Positions 39,367 to 49,465 are shown, counted from the stretch's first letter. The stretch is 64,000 bases of DNA from Gammaproteobacteria bacterium (GCA_045564035.1 JBJLIA010000021.1:6702-70701), one strand, 5' to 3'. Numbers and translations are program-made. Notes: generated from the letters alone by a model not told the origin.

Positions 39367-40620
39367 TTACTCCCAGTTTAATGCGCCACCAGTTTGATAT
39401 TCAATCACTCTGGTCTCAAAAAAGTTCTTTTCTTTTCTAAGATCCATAATCTCAGACATCCATGGGAAAGGATTAGTAGCCCCTTTAAACTCCTCCTCTA
39501 AACCAATTTGCGTTAAGCGTCTATTGGCGATAAATTGCAGATACTCTTCCATCATTGACGCATTCATTCCAAGGACGCCTCTTGGCATAGTAGCTCTTGC
39601 ATACATGATCTCAAGCTCTGTTCCTTCTAGGATCATTTGCGCCGCTTCATGCTTCATTTCATCATCCCATAGATATGGATTTTCAATTTTAATTTGGTTG
39701 ATTACATCTATCCCAAAATTTACATGCATAGATTCATCTCTAAGGATATATTGAAACTGCTCAGCCGTTCCTGTCATCTTATTGCGTCTGCCCATGGATA
39801 AAATTTGAGTGAACCCGCAATAAAAGAATATTCCTTCAAGGACACAATAGAAGGCTATTAAGTTTCTTAGAAGCTGTTTATCAGTTTCTGTTGTTCCTGT
39901 CTGGAAGGTTGGATCTGATATTTGTTGAGTATACTTGAGGCCCCAAGCTGCTTTCTTGGCCACACTTGGTATTTCTCTGTACATATTGAATATCTCTCCT
40001 TCGTCCATGCCAAGTGATTCAATGCAATACTGATATGCATGAGTATGGATAGCCTCTTCAAGACTTTGTCTGAGGATATACTGTCTGCACTCTGGATTAG
40101 TGATAAGTCTATACAGAGCTAGGACAAGGTTATTAGCAACAAGTGAGTCTGCAGTTGAGAAGAACCCAAGGTTCCTTTTTACAATAGTTCTCTCATCTTC
40201 AGTTAAACCGTCTTCAGATTTCCAAAGGGCAATATCTGCAGTCATGTTTACTTCCTGGGGCATCCAATGATTAGCACTTCCGTCTAGATATTTTTGCCAT
40301 GCCCAGTCATATTTAAAGGGTACCAATTGATTTAAGTCTGCATTGCAGTTAATCATCGCCTTATCATCTACTTGAACTCTTCCAGCTGTGCCTTGCATTT
40401 CATCAAGCTCTTTAATGCCTTCTGACTCATCAAAGTTTTCAATCGCCTTTCTAGCCATTTCAGCTCGAGAGCCTTCCTCGACATTTGTAGGTGTTGATTC
40501 ATTTTGCGCAGGCACTTCTTGAACTATAGGCTGAGTTTGTTTTACTTCCTCAGCAATAGCACTCTTGATTGCAGGAGCTGCCTGAGCTTCTTCCTTATTA
40601 TATTCATCCCAATTTAACAT
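39367..40620 (-). CDS. nrdB: Ribonucleoside-diphosphate reductase, beta subunit (class Ia, long Pseudomonas-like form)
   Basis: 417 aa with the ferritin-like di-iron motifs ([23 protein letters not shown]). It lies directly downstream of nrdA. Confidence 0.92.
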   Translation of the reverse strand: MLNWDEYNKEEAQAAPAIKSAIAEEVKQTQPIVQEVPAQNESTPTNVEEGSRAEMARKAIENFDESEGIKELDEMQGTAGRVQVDDKAMINCNADLNQLVPFKYDWAWQKYLDGSANHWMPQEVNMTADIALWKSEDGLTEDERTIVKRNLGFFSTADSLVANNLVLALYRLITNPECRQYILRQSLEEAIHTHAYQYCIESLGMDEGEIFNMYREIPSVAKKAAWGLKYTQQISDPTFQTGTTETDKQLLRNLIAFYCVLEGIFFYCGFTQILSMGRRNKMTGTAEQFQYILRDESMHVNFGIDVINQIKIENPYLWDDEMKHEAAQMILEGTELEIMYARATMPRGVLGMNASMMEEYLQFIANRRLTQIGLEEEFKGATNPFPWMSEIMDLRKEKNFFETRVIEYQTGGALNWE

Positions 40621-40640
40621 TCTATTTCTCCGTTATTTTA

Positions 40641-43535
40641 TTACTGACATGCCTCGCAGTCAGGATCATCCAATGAACATGCCTCTGGCACAGGTGCAGG
40701 AGCTCCAAGTTCATGAGGAACTTCTGGCGCTGCTTGAGCTTGAGCACTTACAGCATTTAGGGTGCCTTGATTGATAGTTGATTTTTCTGTTGTTGTTGCG
40801 GCTATAGACCTCAAATAATAGGTTGTTTTTAAACCTGAGTACCACGCCATTCTGTATGTGAGGTCTAGTTTTTTACCATTAGCATTGCCGATATATAGGT
40901 TTAATGATTGAGCCTGATCTATCCATTTTTGCCTTCTGCTTGCAGCCTCAACAATGTACTGGGGTTCAACTTCAAATGCGGTTGAAAAAAGTTTTTTAAT
41001 ATCTTCAGGAATTCTTGATATCTCGCTTAAACTGCCCTCAAAGTATTTTAAGTCATTAATCATAACGTCATCCCATAAATCTAAAGTTTTAAGTTTGTTA
41101 ACTAGATGAGGATTTACAATAGTGAACTCACCAGAAAGGTTGGATTTAACGTATAGATTTTGATAGGTAGGCTCAATGGATTGGGTTACACCAGTAATAT
41201 TTGAAATTGTTGCTGTCGGAGCAATTGCCATTACGTTAGAGTTTCTCATTCCATCTTGCTTGACTTTTGCACGCAGTTGATCCCAATCCAGTGTTTCGGA
41301 TCTATCTACTTTGATAAATTCACTGCCACGATTTTTCTCTAGTATATCTATTGAATCTTTTGGAAATATTCCTTGGCTCCACAAAGATCCCTCATATGAT
41401 GGGTATGTGCCTCTTTCTTTTGCAAGCTCACTTGATGCATGAATTGCATGGTAGCTTATGACTTCCATGCTTCGATCTGCAAATTCGATCGCAGCATCAG
41501 AGCAGTAGGGCGCATCTTGCATGTAAAGGGCATCTTGAAAGCCCATCAGCCCCATTCCCACTGGACGATGCTTTAGGTTTGAATTTTTTGCTGTATCTAC
41601 TGAGTAATAATTAATATCAATAACATTATCAAGCATGCGTAGAGCAGTCGTCACTGTGCGTTTTACTTTTTCTTCATCCAAGATACCATCCCGCATGTGC
41701 TGAGGAAGATTCACCGAGCCAAGATTACATACAGCTATTTCATCATTGCTTGTATTGAGAGTTATTTCAGTACATAAGTTAGATGAGTGAATCACCCCTA
41801 TGTGCTGTTGAGGCGAACGTAAATTGCACGAATCTTTAAAAGTGATCCAAGGGTGACCAGTTTCAAACAGCATGGTAAGCATTTTTCTCCACAGATCCTT
41901 GGCGGGAATAGTTTTATGTTGATCCATCTTTCCTTCAGCCGCTAAAGCTTCATATTCTTCGTATCTTTTTTCAAATGCGAGGCCAGTAAGATCATGTAAA
42001 TCTGGAGCTTCACCTGGAGAAAAAAGAGTCCAGTTTTTGTCCAACTCTACTCTTTTCATAAATAAATCTGGAACCCAGTTCGCAGTATTCATATCATGCG
42101 TTCTTCTTCTGTCATCTCCTGTGTTTTTCCTGAGGTCTAGAAACTCTTCTATGTCTAGGTGCCATGTTTCTAAGTAAGCGCACATAGCTCCCTTTCTTTT
42201 GCCACCTTGGTTGACTGCTACAGCTGTATCATTGGCAACCTTGAGGAAGGGCACTACACCCTGACTTTTGCCGTTCGTACCTTTGATGTATGAGCCTAAT
42301 GCTCTTACAGGTGACCAGTCATTTCCGAGTCCTCCTGCCCATTTGGACAGCAACGCATTATCTTTCATTGCACCAAATATTCCGTCCAAATCATCAGGAA
42401 TAGTTGTTAAATAGCATGAGGAGAGCTGAGGACGTAAGGTTCCAGAATTAAAGAGAGTTGGCGTTGAGCTCATATAGTCGAAACTTGAAAGCAACCTATA
42501 GAATTCAATAGCTCTTTCCTCTTTCTTATCTTCTTCGACAGCTAACCCCATAGCAACTCTCATAAAAAAGATTTGAGGAAGTTCATATCGCGTATCTTGG
42601 TAATGAATAAAATATCTGTCGTACAGTGTCTGGAGTCCTAGGTATGTAAATTGATAGTCCCTGTCGTGGTCGATAGCTTCCCCTAGTTTTTTTAAGTCAA
42701 AATCTTTTAACACTGGATCGAGCATTTCCAGTTCAACACCTTTTTCTATGTATGCATTGAAAGCTTTTGGATAATTATCTTGCATCTCCGGATGTGAGCT
42801 TTCCTCAGCAATACCTAAAAAGGACAAGGCCTCACTTCTGAGTTCATCCAATAGAATTCGTGCTGTTACATAACTATAGTTTGGTTCTTGCTCTACTTTT
42901 GTTCTCGCTGACATGACAAGAGCTGATTTCATATCACTAATTGATACGCCGTCATATAGGTTTTTTATTGATTCTTCTAGGATCGCATCGGCACTTACAT
43001 CATCCAAACCTTCGCATGCATGATTAACCACTGAGGCCAATCTATCAATATCAAGAGGCACTTTTGAGCCATCTTTTTTTGTAACAGAAATTTTTGGTGC
43101 GCTTATGCTTGTTTTCTGAGGTGCATCTTTTGTTCTCTCTGCTGCTCTTTCTTCTCTATATAGAATGTATTTTCTAGCTACAACATACTCTTCATTACGC
43201 ATGAGCTGAAGCTCTACTTGGTCTTGTATTTCTTCAATGTGTAAAGTTCCACCTGAGGGCATTCTTCTTCTGAAGACCTCTTGCACATCTGCTGTTATCT
43301 CTTCAACTTTTCTATGAATTCTTTCGCTTGCTGCCGCATTCCCAGATTCGTTTGCTAGAAAAGCTTTTGTAACAGCTACTTTTATTTTATCTTCTTCAAA
43401 TGGAACCACTTTGCCGTTACGTTTTATTACCCTGAGTTTTCCGGGCGCAGTAATATTTAAGTCATCTGATGGAATCGATCCCATTGCTTCTTGCCCAGCA
43501 CCTTCTTGAGTCTTTTCTAACTCTTGTATTGTCAT
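40641..43535 (-). CDS. nrdA: Ribonucleoside-diphosphate reductase, alpha subunit (class Ia, with N-terminal ATP-cone region)
   Basis: 964 aa with an ATP-cone (VIKRNGKVVPFEEDKI), the catalytic NLCTEI, and a C-terminal Cys pair (CSLDDPDCEACQ). Confidence 0.95.
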   Translation of the reverse strand: MTIQELEKTQEGAGQEAMGSIPSDDLNITAPGKLRVIKRNGKVVPFEEDKIKVAVTKAFLANESGNAAASERIHRKVEEITADVQEVFRRRMPSGGTLHIEEIQDQVELQLMRNEEYVVARKYILYREERAAERTKDAPQKTSISAPKISVTKKDGSKVPLDIDRLASVVNHACEGLDDVSADAILEESIKNLYDGVSISDMKSALVMSARTKVEQEPNYSYVTARILLDELRSEALSFLGIAEESSHPEMQDNYPKAFNAYIEKGVELEMLDPVLKDFDLKKLGEAIDHDRDYQFTYLGLQTLYDRYFIHYQDTRYELPQIFFMRVAMGLAVEEDKKEERAIEFYRLLSSFDYMSSTPTLFNSGTLRPQLSSCYLTTIPDDLDGIFGAMKDNALLSKWAGGLGNDWSPVRALGSYIKGTNGKSQGVVPFLKVANDTAVAVNQGGKRKGAMCAYLETWHLDIEEFLDLRKNTGDDRRRTHDMNTANWVPDLFMKRVELDKNWTLFSPGEAPDLHDLTGLAFEKRYEEYEALAAEGKMDQHKTIPAKDLWRKMLTMLFETGHPWITFKDSCNLRSPQQHIGVIHSSNLCTEITLNTSNDEIAVCNLGSVNLPQHMRDGILDEEKVKRTVTTALRMLDNVIDINYYSVDTAKNSNLKHRPVGMGLMGFQDALYMQDAPYCSDAAIEFADRSMEVISYHAIHASSELAKERGTYPSYEGSLWSQGIFPKDSIDILEKNRGSEFIKVDRSETLDWDQLRAKVKQDGMRNSNVMAIAPTATISNITGVTQSIEPTYQNLYVKSNLSGEFTIVNPHLVNKLKTLDLWDDVMINDLKYFEGSLSEISRIPEDIKKLFSTAFEVEPQYIVEAASRRQKWIDQAQSLNLYIGNANGKKLDLTYRMAWYSGLKTTYYLRSIAATTTEKSTINQGTLNAVSAQAQAAPEVPHELGAPAPVPEACSLDDPDCEACQ

Positions 43536-43647
43536 TTTTTTCCTCTATGTTTGTTTCTTTCGTTGGTTCGTTTTAAAAACTTACCAATGGGTGGGGTCAA
43601 AACTTACTTTTTCTACATTTCTTTAACCAATGTCAATATTCTTACAT

Positions 43648-43656
43648 TGTGGATAA
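43648..43656 (+). promoter_or_regulatory. Perfect DnaA box (TGTGGATAA) in the nrdA/glpK intergenic region
   Basis: It is an exact reverse complement of consensus TTATCCACA. The same 11-mer attgtggataa recurs at 43756..43766. Confidence 0.6.
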
Positions 43657-43672
43657 ATAATCAAGTAAAAAA

Positions 43673-43717
43673 CACAATATATTGTGAATTCTTTTAAATT
43701 TTTCACAATATGCTGTA
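43673..43717. promoter_or_regulatory. Tandem NrdR boxes upstream of nrdAB
   Basis: cacaatatattgtg (43673..43686) is a perfect 14-bp palindrome. cacaatatgctgta (43704..43717) is a degenerate copy. Start-to-start spacing is 31 bp, about 3 helical turns, as described for NrdR operators (aCaCwAtATaTwGtGt type). Confidence 0.75.
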
Positions 43718-43757
43718 TAAATGGTGTTTATTGATTGTGAAGATAAAGTGAGTAAAT

Positions 43758-43766
43758 TGTGGATAA
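43758..43766 (+). promoter_or_regulatory. Perfect DnaA box (TGTGGATAA), second copy
   Basis: Exact 9-mer, 22 nt upstream of the glpK ATG, in the same orientation as the box at 43648. Confidence 0.6.
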
Positions 43767-43787
43767 CTTAAAAATATTGGTGCTTGT

Positions 43788-45257
43788 ATGTCTGTATTAA
43801 TTGCTATTGATCAGGGCACAACCAGCACAAGGACGGTGGCGTTTGATAAAGATCTAAACATCATCCATTCAAAACAAAAAGAATATCCTTTAATTTACCC
43901 CAATGATGGATGGGTAGAAATCGAACCCAAAGAATTATTGAATTCTGTCTATGCAACTCTTGACCCTGTTCTTGATGCCTGCAGAGACATTTCAGCTATT
44001 GGTATAACTAATCAGCGTGAAACAACTTTAGTGTGGGATGCAGACTCCGGAAAACCTATCTATAACGCAATTGTTTGGCAGGATAGAAGAACTTCAGAGC
44101 ATTGCATGCAATTAAAACAAAGGGGTTTTGAAAAAGTCGTAAGAGAAAAAACAGGGCTGCTGCTTGATCCATATTTTTCATCGACAAAAATATCTTGGAT
44201 TTTAGATAATATTAAGGGGGCAAGAGAAAGAGCTCAGGCAGGCAAGTTGAGGTTTGGAACAGTCGATACATATTTATTATGGCAATTAACCAATGGCAAT
44301 ATTTATAAAACTGATATTACAAACGCATCTAGAACTAATTTGTTTAACATACACTCAGTAAAATGGGATCCTGAACTGCTTGATATTTTTGATATTCCAG
44401 CCTCAATGCTTCCTGAGGTAGAATCTTCCGATAGTAACTTTGGAACACTCGTTAGGGGTGATAAAACAATTCCGATCGCAGGAGTGATAGGAGATCAGCA
44501 GGGTGCACTGGTAGGACAAAAATGTTTTCAGCCCGGTCAAATGAAAGCAACATTTGGCACAGGATGCTTTTTGATGGTGAATACTGGTAATGAATCTTTA
44601 CAGTCAACTTCAGGACTGCTAAGCACTGTCGGATATGGCCTTTCAGATGAGGTATCTTATGCATTAGAAGGAAGCATCTTTTCTGCTGGAACTATTATTC
44701 AATGGCTTCGAGATAATATGGAATTTTTCTCAAACTCTACTCAAAGCATAAACTTTCTTAATAAAGGAGGTCAGTCTAATGGTGTTCTGTTCATACCTGG
44801 CTTTACAGGAATTGGAGCCCCGCATTGGAATGCGGAAATCAGGGCAGCCTTCTACGGCATAACCAGGGATTCAACGCAGATGGATATGGTTACAGCAGCA
44901 TTTAAATCATTAATTTATCAAGTAATGGATATTAAAGAAGCGTTAAAAATTGATGGCATAGAGGTTAAAAATCTATCTATTGATGGAGGTATGGCTGCCA
45001 ATTCACGTTTTTGTCAACTCCTGGCAGATTTTATAGGCCAGGAAGTTCAAGTTCCTTCAAGCCTGGAGTCAACTGCCATAGGCGCTGCAATTACAGCAGG
45101 GCTAGGATGCCATTTTTTTAGTATTGACGATTTCAAGGATAAGGGATCAAGCAATACAACTATTTACAAACCCAGAGAACAGATTTTTAATCCTGACGAT
45201 TTAATTGAGTGGAGAAAATTTCTCAGCGTGCTTCTAGACGCATACAAGCAAGAGTGA
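43788..45257 (+). CDS. glpK: Glycerol kinase
   Basis: 489 aa with IAIDQGTTSTR, ITNQRETT.VWD, WQDRRT and GDQQGAL (FGGY family). Confidence 0.93.
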   Translation: MSVLIAIDQGTTSTRTVAFDKDLNIIHSKQKEYPLIYPNDGWVEIEPKELLNSVYATLDPVLDACRDISAIGITNQRETTLVWDADSGKPIYNAIVWQDRRTSEHCMQLKQRGFEKVVREKTGLLLDPYFSSTKISWILDNIKGARERAQAGKLRFGTVDTYLLWQLTNGNIYKTDITNASRTNLFNIHSVKWDPELLDIFDIPASMLPEVESSDSNFGTLVRGDKTIPIAGVIGDQQGALVGQKCFQPGQMKATFGTGCFLMVNTGNESLQSTSGLLSTVGYGLSDEVSYALEGSIFSAGTIIQWLRDNMEFFSNSTQSINFLNKGGQSNGVLFIPGFTGIGAPHWNAEIRAAFYGITRDSTQMDMVTAAFKSLIYQVMDIKEALKIDGIEVKNLSIDGGMAANSRFCQLLADFIGQEVQVPSSLESTAIGAAITAGLGCHFFSIDDFKDKGSSNTTIYKPREQIFNPDDLIEWRKFLSVLLDAYKQE

Positions 45258-45306
45258 ACCAAATTCATGCAATGCAAGAAAAAATTTCTTCAGAACGATT
45301 TGCGAG

Positions 45307-45327
45307 CTCTCTAAGCGAGAGATTTTT
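45307..45327 (+). terminator. Weak candidate terminator after glpK
   Basis: ctctc (45307..45311), loop taagc, gagag (45317..45321), then aTTTTT. The stem is only 5 bp. Confidence 0.3.
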
Positions 45328-45421
45328 AATTTTATTAAATTAAATAGTTTTAAATGTTTTTGTTTAGCTTTTAATGTAATAAACTAAATGACTTTTAACT
45401 AAGTCCCTCTGGCTCGTAAAC

Positions 45422-46606
45422 ATGTTTAATTTTAAAACTTTCAACAATATTGCTGAAGATGGCCTTGATATTCTTCGCAATAACAAATTCAAAGAGGTAA
45501 CAAAGGATCCTGATGGGATATTGCTTAGAAGCCATAATCTTTCAAAGGAAGATTTTGAGGACAGCCTCTTATGCGTAGCTCGAGCGGGAGCAGGAACAAA
45601 TAACATACCTATTGAAGATGCAACCAAAAATGGAATTGTCGTTTTTAATACACCTGGTGCAAATGCAAATGCAGTGAAAGAGCTAGTTGTATGCGGCATG
45701 CTGCTTTCTTCTCGGGGCATCATTGAGGGCATTGAATTTGCAAAAAGTCTTGAGCTAGATAATTCTGAAGCTCTGAACAAGGCTATGGAAGCGCAAAAGA
45801 AGACATTTGCAGGCAACGAGCTAACAGGAAAGACGCTTGGAATAGTTGGGCTTGGGTCAATCGGATCGATGCTTGCTCAAGCAGCCCATGCTCTTGGAAT
45901 GAAATTAGTAGGATATGATCCATATATTTCAATTGAGGGTGCGTGGAGATTACCTCGAGAGGTTGAAAAAGCTGAAACCATGGAAGCTCTGTTACAGCAA
46001 TCAGATTATGTGTCTCTTCATGTTCCGCTTGTTGAGGCTACAAAAAATCTTATTAATAAATCAAATCTGAAGAAATTTAAAAAAGGCTCACGACTTATTA
46101 ACTTATCTCGAGGAGGGATCGTTAATACCAATGATGTAATAGCAGAGCTTGAGAATGGAAATTTAGGTCGATTTGTTACAGATTTTCCAACTCCTGAATT
46201 AATTCAGCGTTCTGCTACAAAGAATGATGTTGTGATATTGCCTCACCTTGGAGCAAGCACGAAAGAGGCGGAGGTAAACTGCGCCGTTATGGCTGCGAAT
46301 CAGATGGTTAACTACCTTCAAGATGGCACAATTTTAAATTCAGTAAATTTTCCAAGAATATCTCTAACCCGAGGGACCAATCATCGTCTTGTTATTATTA
46401 ACAATAATGAGCCAGGAATGATTAGTAAAATTGCTGATTCAATTGCTGCCTGTGATATTAATATTGCTGAGATGACTAACAAAAGTAGGGATGAAATCGC
46501 TATTAACTTGATTGACCTTGAATGTCAGGCAAGCGCTCAACTTGTTGAGCAACTCCAATCGGTTGAGCATGTAATGAGCGTTAGGTCAATAAACTTAGAT
46601 ACTTAA
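45422..46606 (+). CDS. serA: D-3-phosphoglycerate dehydrogenase-type 2-hydroxyacid dehydrogenase with C-terminal ACT domain
   Basis: 394 aa with GIVGLGSIGS (NAD), RGG.V, HLGAST and an ACT-like tail (RLVIINNNEPGMISKIADSIAACDINI). Confidence 0.7.
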   Translation: MFNFKTFNNIAEDGLDILRNNKFKEVTKDPDGILLRSHNLSKEDFEDSLLCVARAGAGTNNIPIEDATKNGIVVFNTPGANANAVKELVVCGMLLSSRGIIEGIEFAKSLELDNSEALNKAMEAQKKTFAGNELTGKTLGIVGLGSIGSMLAQAAHALGMKLVGYDPYISIEGAWRLPREVEKAETMEALLQQSDYVSLHVPLVEATKNLINKSNLKKFKKGSRLINLSRGGIVNTNDVIAELENGNLGRFVTDFPTPELIQRSATKNDVVILPHLGASTKEAEVNCAVMAANQMVNYLQDGTILNSVNFPRISLTRGTNHRLVIINNNEPGMISKIADSIAACDINIAEMTNKSRDEIAINLIDLECQASAQLVEQLQSVEHVMSVRSINLDT

Positions 46607-46610
46607 GCAC

Positions 46611-47717
46611 TTAGACGTAATTTTCAACAAAGCTTTTATCAAAGGGCACAATTTGATCCTCTTGACCATCTTGCACTTTATTGGCCCAATCAGGATCGGA
46701 TAAAAGAGCTCTCCCTACCGCAATTAGATCAAATTCAGCTCTATTAAGCTTTTCATGAAGAATATCCAAATCTACAGTTTGTGTTTTATGATCACCGGAA
46801 TAAAGTTTGATAAAATCTTTATCCAAGCCAACACTTCCAACACTAATGGTTGGAAGTCCCGTTGCCTCTTTTGCGACTCCAGCTAAATTAAGACCCCCAG
46901 CCTTAAATTCTCCCTCCCAAAAACGACGATTACTGCAATGAACAAAGTCAGCTCCCGCATTTTTTAGGATACTAAAAAATTTATTTAACTCTTCAGCATC
47001 TGCAGTAATTTTTGCCTCATAGTCTTGTTGTTTCCATTGAGAAACTCTTATTCCAACCTTGAAACTATCTGAAGTTTGTTTTTGCGATGCTTCTAGGATT
47101 TCTTTGGCAAGTCTGGATCTGTTTTCAAGAGAGCCGCCATATTCATCTGTCCTTAAATTGATTTGATCCCAAAAAAACTGATCAATTAAATAACCATGCG
47201 CTCCATGAATTTCAACTCCATCAAATCCAATTTCCTCACAGATCTTTGCATCGTGAGCATAGACTTCTATTAATTCTTTGATTTCCTCATGCGTCATTTC
47301 ATGGGCCACCTTTTTACCAGGGACTACATATCCAGATGGAGTAAAGCCTGGAACTTCTGGAATAGGGGGCATGCCAGGTTTTCTAATTCCACCCACATGC
47401 CAGAGTTGACAGAAGATAGATGAATTATTTTTATGAACTTCATTAACTACTTTTTCCCACATTATTTTTGCTGCATCTGTTTCTAAATTTGGGCAATTTG
47501 GATAACCGCTAGCAGCTCGATGGCTCACTTCTACTCCTTCAGTTAGTATCAAGCCAACTCCACCTTGAGCCCTTCGAGCATAGTAGGTTGGAGCATAATC
47601 TTTAGGCACTCCATTAGGCGATAAATTCCTAGTCATAGGAGCCATTACTACTCTATTTCTTAACTTTAAACCATTCATGTTGTATTCAGAAAAAAGAGTG
47701 TTTTTTTGGTCATTCAT
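46611..47717 (-). CDS. NADH:flavin oxidoreductase (Old Yellow Enzyme family)
   Basis: 368 aa with VMAPMTRN, QLWHVG, GFDGVEIHGAHGYLIDQF, RTDEYGGSLENR and a TIM-barrel FMN oxidoreductase fold. Confidence 0.8.
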   Translation of the reverse strand: MNDQKNTLFSEYNMNGLKLRNRVVMAPMTRNLSPNGVPKDYAPTYYARRAQGGVGLILTEGVEVSHRAASGYPNCPNLETDAAKIMWEKVVNEVHKNNSSIFCQLWHVGGIRKPGMPPIPEVPGFTPSGYVVPGKKVAHEMTHEEIKELIEVYAHDAKICEEIGFDGVEIHGAHGYLIDQFFWDQINLRTDEYGGSLENRSRLAKEILEASQKQTSDSFKVGIRVSQWKQQDYEAKITADAEELNKFFSILKNAGADFVHCSNRRFWEGEFKAGGLNLAGVAKEATGLPTISVGSVGLDKDFIKLYSGDHKTQTVDLDILHEKLNRAEFDLIAVGRALLSDPDWANKVQDGQEDQIVPFDKSFVENYV

Positions 47718-47959
47718 AAGGATTATTTATAGTTAATATAAGAAGCATGTATTCTAATTTATTTTTTTTTAAAAAAATACTTGCCCACAGAACAAAATAG
47801 TGGTATTGAAGATCCATTAATACTTATCTATAAGCGCTTCGGTCTGTGCTAAATATAGTATAAATTACTGATATAAGGTTATTTTTTTATTAATTGATTA
47901 GTTTTTGATCAATTTGCATGAAACCTTATTAAATCAGTCTAAAATATAAGAATATTAAG

Positions 47960-47994
47960 TTATCCCAAGCTTTATCCACAGTTTCTGTGGATAA
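47960..47994. promoter_or_regulatory. Cluster of three DnaA boxes; two form a perfect 10-3-10 palindrome
   Basis: ttatcccaa (47960..47968) has 2 mismatches. ttatccaca (47972..47980) and tgtggataa (47986..47994) are both perfect. ttatccacag-ttt-ctgtggataa (47972..47994) is a perfect inverted repeat, ending 28 nt upstream of the ung TTG start. Confidence 0.6.
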
Positions 47995-48022
47995 AATTTA
48001 AGCAGTTTTACAGAGTAATTTT

Positions 48023-48697
48023 TTGAATATTTTAGATTTTCCTGATACATGGCTAGAACCACTTGGCAAAGGATTTTGCAAAGATTTTTTGTATGAAATA
48101 GAGTCAAAATTCTTGAAATTAAATACTGAAGATTTGAATATTTTTCCACCAATTCCCTCTATATTTCGTGCTCTAAAATTAGTAAATTTTAATGATGCTA
48201 AAGTGCTAATTTTGGGACAAGATCCCTATCATGGTTTCGGTCAAGCAGATGGCTTATCTTTCTCAGTTAATAAAGAAATTAAAATCCCACCCTCTCTAAA
48301 AAATATTTTTCTTGAGTTAAGAAATGATTTAAATATTCCTATTTCTCGACATGGCGATTTAACTGTCTGGGCTCAACAAAAAATCTTACTATTAAATTCT
48401 GTCTTAACAGTTGAGCAGGGAAAACCAAACTCACATCAAGGGTTAGGTTGGGAAAAATTGACAGATAAAATTATTACCCAGCTAAGTCAAAGAGGAAATA
48501 TGATTTTCGTTTTATGGGGCAACATTGCACAAAAAAAATATAATTTAATTGATAAAAAGCATAATAAAATTTTAACGGCTCCTCATCCTTCTCCGCTCTC
48601 TTCTTATCGAGGATTTTTAGGATGCAAGCATTTTTCAAAAATTAATAGATATCTGATAGATAACGGATCAAGTGAAATTGACTGGAAGCTTGATTAA
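48023..48697 (+). CDS. ung: Uracil-DNA glycosylase
   Basis: 224 aa with motif A (ILGQDPYHGFGQADGLSFSV) and motif B (HPSPLS). TTG start. Confidence 0.92.
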   Translation: MNILDFPDTWLEPLGKGFCKDFLYEIESKFLKLNTEDLNIFPPIPSIFRALKLVNFNDAKVLILGQDPYHGFGQADGLSFSVNKEIKIPPSLKNIFLELRNDLNIPISRHGDLTVWAQQKILLLNSVLTVEQGKPNSHQGLGWEKLTDKIITQLSQRGNMIFVLWGNIAQKKYNLIDKKHNKILTAPHPSPLSSYRGFLGCKHFSKINRYLIDNGSSEIDWKLD

Positions 48698-48703
48698 ACT
48701 TTT

Positions 48704-49465
48704 TTAAGAAAAACTATCTATTTTTCCAAAACAAGATGAAAAAATTGTTTCTTGATCCTTATAGCTCTGACCAATAATAATAAATTTCGAAACCTCTTCT
48801 TGATTTGAGTGAAGAATCAATCTTGTTTCTTTTTTTAACTTCCCAAGATACTCCATCCTTGCAATTATTTCCTGTCCCTTAAAGCAGCCCTTGTTGAAAC
48901 TAACTCTAGTTGTTTGTTGGCCTAATTCATGGGGCCTATATTTGCCAATTTCACCTGTTGTAATTTGATGATCATTCATAATTTTTCTATTAATTGCCCA
49001 GTTATCTGTGCTTATAGCATCCAAGCCATCCTTAACTTCACTCTTTTTATCAATCATTAGTGATAACGACGTTTTCTCCGAGGTTAAAATAAGATGTTCA
49101 TAGGGAAGCATTGCTTGATGTTTTCTTCTTGCAAAACCCATCACTTTGCAGTCTAGGATCAAGGCAGAGACTTTGTAAAATGGTAAAAATTTTGTTATTT
49201 CATTCAAAAAAACATCTTTTAAAGACTTCTCAATAATAATTAACCACATGTTTTCGTCAAAAATGATTTCAAAGTTACATAAAATGAAACCTTTTTCATT
49301 ACACAAAGATGAGATTTGACCTAATTGTTTATTTACCAAGGTGCAATCTGAGGTTACCTGTCCTTGTAAAAGAGTCAGGACAGAGTCAAAATCACCCTTT
49401 AAATGAATTGCTGTGAAATCTTCAAGATTTACAGCTCCATATTTTATAAATTTAGAATTTAACAA
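48704..49465 (-). CDS. ygfZ: Folate-binding protein YgfZ (Fe-S cluster repair / tRNA modification associated)
   Basis: 253 aa with the family signature KGCFKGQEIIARMEYLG (KGCYxGQE). It is divergent from sdhE as in E. coli ygfZ/ygfY. It is shorter than E. coli YgfZ. Confidence 0.7.
   Translation of the reverse strand: MLNSKFIKYGAVNLEDFTAIHLKGDFDSVLTLLQGQVTSDCTLVNKQLGQISSLCNEKGFILCNFEIIFDENMWLIIIEKSLKDVFLNEITKFLPFYKVSALILDCKVMGFARRKHQAMLPYEHLILTSEKTSLSLMIDKKSEVKDGLDAISTDNWAINRKIMNDHQITTGEIGKYRPHELGQQTTRVSFNKGCFKGQEIIARMEYLGKLKKETRLILHSNQEEVSKFIIIGQSYKDQETIFSSCFGKIDSFS

Noticed and set aside
47718-48022. The AT-rich 305-bp spacer with DnaA boxes as the chromosomal replication origin (oriC)
   Set aside because: Only three closely spaced boxes are convincing. 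I see no repeated 13-mer-like unwinding element. Strongly expressed genes on both sides (groESL, ileS and rpsP-rplS to the left; lepA-era to the right) all point the same way on the plus strand. This suggests one replication direction across the whole window rather than divergence from this point. The flanking genes (oxidoreductase, ung) are not typical oriC neighbours. GC-skew analysis of the full genome would settle it.
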